Part shown: one piece after another, positions 59,842 to 64,000 of the stretch
Numbering within the stretch: position 1 is the stretch's first letter
How the letters are laid out: each line of letters begins with the position of its first letter
Virus record (IMG/VR): IMGVR_UViG_3300030107_002093
Location: 38,726 to 102,725 of that record
Source of the DNA: a virus
Reading direction: 5' to 3' (one strand)
DNA: 64,000 nt
The notes under the pieces: model-generated
The model's database searches: none
What the model was told of the DNA's origin: nothing
What the model saw: the letters and a program-made list of their open reading frames with translations, nothing else
Translations under genes and position numbers: made by a program

Positions 59842-60473
59842 GTTGGTTCGATATTCTGAAGGAGCCACTTATCTCTGTGCCTAAGAGCATAGTTAGCATG
59901 AAGAAGCCAAAGAAGGTTGAGATTAAGGAGGATTGCAAGGAGAGGTTGGGTGCTTTCATAGAGAAGGTCAAAAGTATTGTTCCTAGTGGCTCTGTGTATG
60001 AACCATATGGCCCATTCACAAAATATATTGAAGGTATGAATAGAAGAAACTACTACTATCAAAAGTGGGATGAAGTTTCTGAAGAGGTAGCATGTAAAAT
60101 AATTGAAATGTTGAGAAAGGAAGCCAACAATAAGGACTATGCTGATGGGGGAGTAACTTATCGAGGGAAGTTTCCTAAAGTCAGGGAAAAACACGGAAAC
60201 ATGTCGAGATTAGCAGAAGTTGACGATTATGAGATTGAAGTTGAATTTGCTAAATCCGATATGGCTTTAACTAATAGAATGGAAAACAGAGGGAGACTAT
60301 TAATTTATGTGTTTTCCGGTAGTAAAAAACTGTATCTACTAAGAGTATACCTCAGAATTGGTGATGTAGTTGAGCCTGATACTGCAACAGTAGCACCACC
60401 ACCGAGAGCCAGACCCAACGAAGAGCAAGAAGACTTTGATAATTACGATAAGATAAAGGCGGTCATTCCATGA
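59838..60473 (+). CDS. Tandem paralogue family member 3
   Basis: MSWFDILKEPLISVPK..MKKPKKVE..EDC; VSEEVACKII. Confidence 0.7.
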   Translation: MSWFDILKEPLISVPKSIVSMKKPKKVEIKEDCKERLGAFIEKVKSIVPSGSVYEPYGPFTKYIEGMNRRNYYYQKWDEVSEEVACKIIEMLRKEANNKDYADGGVTYRGKFPKVREKHGNMSRLAEVDDYEIEVEFAKSDMALTNRMENRGRLLIYVFSGSKKLYLLRVYLRIGDVVEPDTATVAPPPRARPNEEQEDFDNYDKIKAVIP

Positions 60474-61267
60474 ATTGGTTCGATATTCTAAAGTTGCAAA
60501 TCAACATTCCTAAGCAGAAGGTTAGGATAAATAAGCCCAAGAAGATAGAGGAGGAGGAGTCTGGCTGTCGTGAGAAGATGAAGCGTGTCTTGGACACATG
60601 GGGGAATAGTCAGGAGGACATTAAATCAGAATCACTGAAAGTGGCTGAATCGATTTGGGATGAGTATTTCGGTGGTGTCTACGACCATTATCTACACAGT
60701 GACTCAGGGGATAAAATCACCATAGAAGATAGTTACATCACAAGATGGGAATCTGGGACAGGGGGCAAGCCTATTCCGAAGAAGATGAAACACATAGGCA
60801 GGGGAGGGGTTTTTGACATCAACCTGAGTAATCTCCATATTGTAGATGAAACAATTGGTGGTGCGCAGTTTGAAGGCTCTGACACAGAAGCACTCATGGA
60901 GGGTGTTCCAGAATCAGTTGCATGTAAGTTCCTAGAACTGCTCAACACGGCAACTGGTAAGACTGGGGAATGGGAACAATCTATCTCCGATTTGGAAGGT
61001 TGGGACTTACTTGGTTTTACTAGGTATGTCCCTGATAGGAATCGGTTTGGTTTTACAGTGATTACCACTGGAATGAGAACTGAGAGTAAGCATAAGAGGC
61101 TTGATGAGGATTGGTATGAGATGAGTTACTTGTTTGAATTAGACCCGTGGTATCTCCAAGGAATCGAAGATACCGAGCAATGGAGTGTGTATGATGACGC
61201 TCTATTAACCAAATTGATGAAGGAAGGGTGGCAACAGATAAACAGTAAGGTGAGGTCAATGCTATGA
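60470..61267 (+). CDS. Tandem paralogue family member 4
   Basis: MNWFDILKLQINIPKQKVRINKPKKIE..SGC; VPESVACKFL. Confidence 0.7.
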   Translation: MNWFDILKLQINIPKQKVRINKPKKIEEEESGCREKMKRVLDTWGNSQEDIKSESLKVAESIWDEYFGGVYDHYLHSDSGDKITIEDSYITRWESGTGGKPIPKKMKHIGRGGVFDINLSNLHIVDETIGGAQFEGSDTEALMEGVPESVACKFLELLNTATGKTGEWEQSISDLEGWDLLGFTRYVPDRNRFGFTVITTGMRTESKHKRLDEDWYEMSYLFELDPWYLQGIEDTEQWSVYDDALLTKLMKEGWQQINSKVRSML

Positions 61268-61309
61268 TTCAGAAGAATAAAGTGTTGTCTGTAATTGGAG
61301 GTCGGTGAG

Positions 61310-62299
61310 ATGGTAGAGGATTCTAAAGACAAGATGCCTGATGTGATTAGGAATTTGGATATCTTGCAGATTGTCGAAGGGACGAAGTATAGCGATATTT
61401 TCTCCAAGATTGGCGATAAGGGATTAATGGATTCTGCCGTTCAATTCGCACATGAGAACATCACGGCGTTGTCGGAAATCAAGGCGAAGAGCCAGAGGAT
61501 GACCAAGCCATATTCGGATAACCCACACGCGCCTGAAGATGTGGAGTCTGATGTGAATGACCCCACTGAGTATCAGGGCATGACAATAGATGAACAGGAG
61601 AGTGCTACCAATGCCATTCTCAAGGAGCCTCTTAGTTTGGCAATGCAACAGGTTCACGACTACATAGAGGAAATACGCAATAAAGACGATGAAGAAGAAG
61701 AGGAGGAGGACTTCCATCTGGACTTGAACAAGTATGACCCTAAGAACATGAACATCGATTCGGGTCTTATGGGCCAATTGGAGGAGATGGATTTGTTTGA
61801 GGCAGTTGCTCACAATGCCTCCGCGAACATTCCAGATGAGTTGTTGTCCACTCTAGAGCCAGAGGAGAAGAGCGCATTCAGAGCGTCTTACAAGAAACTG
61901 TTGGAGAGTCCCATCGGCAAGGCGTATATTGCACATGCGTTCCTGTCTACCTTATCTGCTATGGATGCCGAGCAGTTGTTCTCAATGGGTGGAGTAGAGG
62001 AGATGATGGCTGAAGAGGAGATAGAGCCACAGGAGGATGTCACTGATGAGGTGGATTTCCATGATGAGTCTTGGCAAGATAAACTTGAGAGGAGCGACAA
62101 GGGAGATGGGTGGTTCACGGTTCTAAGAAGCAGTGGGGCAGTGATGAGTTCTGGTGGTGCTACTGGTGATTTGTTCAATACTAGTTTTGGTATTCACATA
62201 ATCAAGCCCAAGAAGAAGCCTTTCGATGAAGGGACTCTATGGGATAATGGAAAGACGAAGTGTAAGAAGTGCGGGTGTTCCGATGGGTGTGATTGTTAA
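61310..62299 (+). CDS. Highly acidic protein with internal W-tags and C-terminal Cys cluster
   Basis: ATG 61310 after GGAGG; SWQDKLE, GWFTVLR, CKKCGCSDGCDC. Confidence 0.65.
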   Translation: MVEDSKDKMPDVIRNLDILQIVEGTKYSDIFSKIGDKGLMDSAVQFAHENITALSEIKAKSQRMTKPYSDNPHAPEDVESDVNDPTEYQGMTIDEQESATNAILKEPLSLAMQQVHDYIEEIRNKDDEEEEEEDFHLDLNKYDPKNMNIDSGLMGQLEEMDLFEAVAHNASANIPDELLSTLEPEEKSAFRASYKKLLESPIGKAYIAHAFLSTLSAMDAEQLFSMGGVEEMMAEEEIEPQEDVTDEVDFHDESWQDKLERSDKGDGWFTVLRSSGAVMSSGGATGDLFNTSFGIHIIKPKKKPFDEGTLWDNGKTKCKKCGCSDGCDC

Positions 62300-63456
62300 T
62301 GGCTAAGAAGAAACTCAAGAAGGATAGAGTCACATTGGCTCTGGGGAAGTATAAGTTGCACAGTCGGCGTAACTACAAACTGTTCACCAAGGATTGGGTT
62401 GAGTGGAAGAGAGCCACGAAGGGATTGAAGGGTGCGACTATTGGTAACTACAAACTAAGTGAGAGCCTGTATGACATGGTTCGGAATCAGGGCTTCAAAG
62501 GACGGCAAGCACAGAACAGTGGCCCTAATGCTGAACCTTGGTCTAGAGAGGCAATGGATGCGATGGATGAAATCGGTGAATTGTTCAGGACACAGGACTA
62601 CGAGGAGAGCCATCTTGACAAACTGAAAGCACTCGACAAGCAGATGGATGAGTGGAGCGTCAACACCGAAGCGGGTAGTGGCAATGCGGCTAACATCCTA
62701 TTCACTGAGCCGAGGAATTGGGATGACGAGGATGGGACTATTGGTGATTATCAGAAGGTCTATGGTCATTACATGACGGAGAAGTATTGTCGTTATCGGA
62801 ACGCTTGGAAGGATGCTGATTTGAAACCAGTTGACAGTGGATGGTATTCCTATAGCGAGGGAGAGGCAAAGCCCCCTATGTGGCAAGCGATGTATGGAGA
62901 GGGAAACATCGTTGGTCGGAATTCTCTGAGCCTACATAAGATAATCAAGAATGCGATTAAGGACTTGGAGAGCCTTGACTTTGAATTAGATGCCAATACC
63001 CCTATTCCCATTCATGGGCAGGGTTCTGCTAAACTGGCATTGGAAATTGCTGAGATTGCAAGGATGTTCAAATTTATGGTAGACCATGAGGAATTCACGA
63101 CCCCTTCTGGTAACTTCGCTACGACTAGGGCCGCTTCTTCAATCAAGCAAACTCCTATTCTAATTCGCAATCAGAGGGAAGTCAATCTGATTAAGAGAAT
63201 AGAGAAGGACTTGGGTGGAATACCAAATGACATCGAGAAGATATACATTACAATGTCAAGGAGGCAGATGGCTCACATGGCGAAACTAGCAGGTTGGGAA
63301 CCACACAAGGATTCGGCCTACATGAAGAGGAAGAGGCGAGAAGAGGAAGAAGCCCAGCAAGCAGAGGCTCAAGAGAAAGAAGGAGATGATGAAGTGAAGA
63401 CCAGTGCAGATGTAGAAGTTAGAGATTGGAGAAGCATAATGAAGGTGAATGCATGA
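62299..63456 (+). CDS. Hypothetical protein with C-terminal DWRSIMK tag
   Basis: TAATG coupling; ~385 aa. Confidence 0.65.
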   Translation: MAKKKLKKDRVTLALGKYKLHSRRNYKLFTKDWVEWKRATKGLKGATIGNYKLSESLYDMVRNQGFKGRQAQNSGPNAEPWSREAMDAMDEIGELFRTQDYEESHLDKLKALDKQMDEWSVNTEAGSGNAANILFTEPRNWDDEDGTIGDYQKVYGHYMTEKYCRYRNAWKDADLKPVDSGWYSYSEGEAKPPMWQAMYGEGNIVGRNSLSLHKIIKNAIKDLESLDFELDANTPIPIHGQGSAKLALEIAEIARMFKFMVDHEEFTTPSGNFATTRAASSIKQTPILIRNQREVNLIKRIEKDLGGIPNDIEKIYITMSRRQMAHMAKLAGWEPHKDSAYMKRKRREEEEAQQAEAQEKEGDDEVKTSADVEVRDWRSIMKVNA

Positions 63457-63533
63457 AGTGCGATTGTTTGAAATTAGGAATTAACACTGCGATTACAGTC
63501 TGTTGTCCATATTGCTTTGAGGGGTTGAACTAG

Positions 63534-64000
63534 ATGGGATGGGAAGACGTATTGAAACAACCACCGATGCAAGAGATGCCACCGCCACCACCGCCGCCAC
63601 CACCTATGGGTGGCCCTATGCCCCCGCCCCCACCGATGGATGGTATGGGAATGCCACCACCACCAATGGGAATGCCACCTGCTCCACCACCGGAGCCACC
63701 AACAGTGAATCCCACTGATGAGCCGGAGTTCTCAGTTGACCCTGAAGAGGATGATGACGAGGAGCAGAAGACTGGTATCAGAATCAAGAAAGAGGATTGG
63801 TTCAATGAGGTGGAGAAAGGTAGGCTCTCTGATTTCGCAGATAGGATGATGCCATCTAGAGTTGAAGAGAGAAACAAGAGAGAGCGTAACCAAGCACTAT
63901 TGGATGCTCAGGATTTGAGAGAGAAGGCCAGATACGGAACTAGTGATGAGATGTTCCAAGAATGGATGGCATCAAATCCAGATTCATTTCCAGATGGTTC
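63534..64000 (+). CDS. Poly-proline/acidic protein with MGWEDVLK tag (3' end outside the window)
   Basis: Manual translation is open to the window end; missing from the ORF track. Confidence 0.65.
   Translation, partial: MGWEDVLKQPPMQEMPPPPPPPPPMGGPMPPPPPMDGMGMPPPPMGMPPAPPPEPPTVNPTDEPEFSVDPEEDDDEEQKTGIRIKKEDWFNEVEKGRLSDFADRMMPSRVEERNKRERNQALLDAQDLREKARYGTSDEMFQEWMASNPDSFPDG

Overview
The window is a 64 kb piece of a large archaeal tailed dsDNA virus. Gene content and order resemble Magroviruses, which infect Marine Group II/Poseidoniales; the host assignment is inference. It has four blocks. (1) 1-20.4 kb (+): tail/baseplate, giant modular tail-fibre and LamG lectin genes, ending in a SAM methyltransferase. 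(2) 20.5-53.5 kb (-): a near-complete archaeal-type replisome (DEDD exonuclease, MCM-like ATPase, XPF/ERCC4 nuclease, fused primase, split PolB, PCNA-like clamp, Cas4-like nuclease, RecA-fold ATPase, RPA-like SSB, RFC, ATP-dependent ligase), plus TFB and a class II ribonucleotide reductase. (3) After a divergent non-coding switch at about 53.5-54.1 kb, a + strand early-type region punctuated by six copies of a ~32-bp interrupted palindrome. (4) From 58.4 kb, a block of proteins sharing a W-x-x-[IVK]-[LIM]-[KR]-type tag. The best candidate for an undescribed system is a virus-encoded ubiquitin-like pathway at 40.3-47.2 kb: a JAB protease, a ThiF/E1 enzyme, a ThiS/MoaD-like modifier made as a GG-SL precursor, and a possible E2-like protein. 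All product calls come from reading motifs by eye; no database searches were run.
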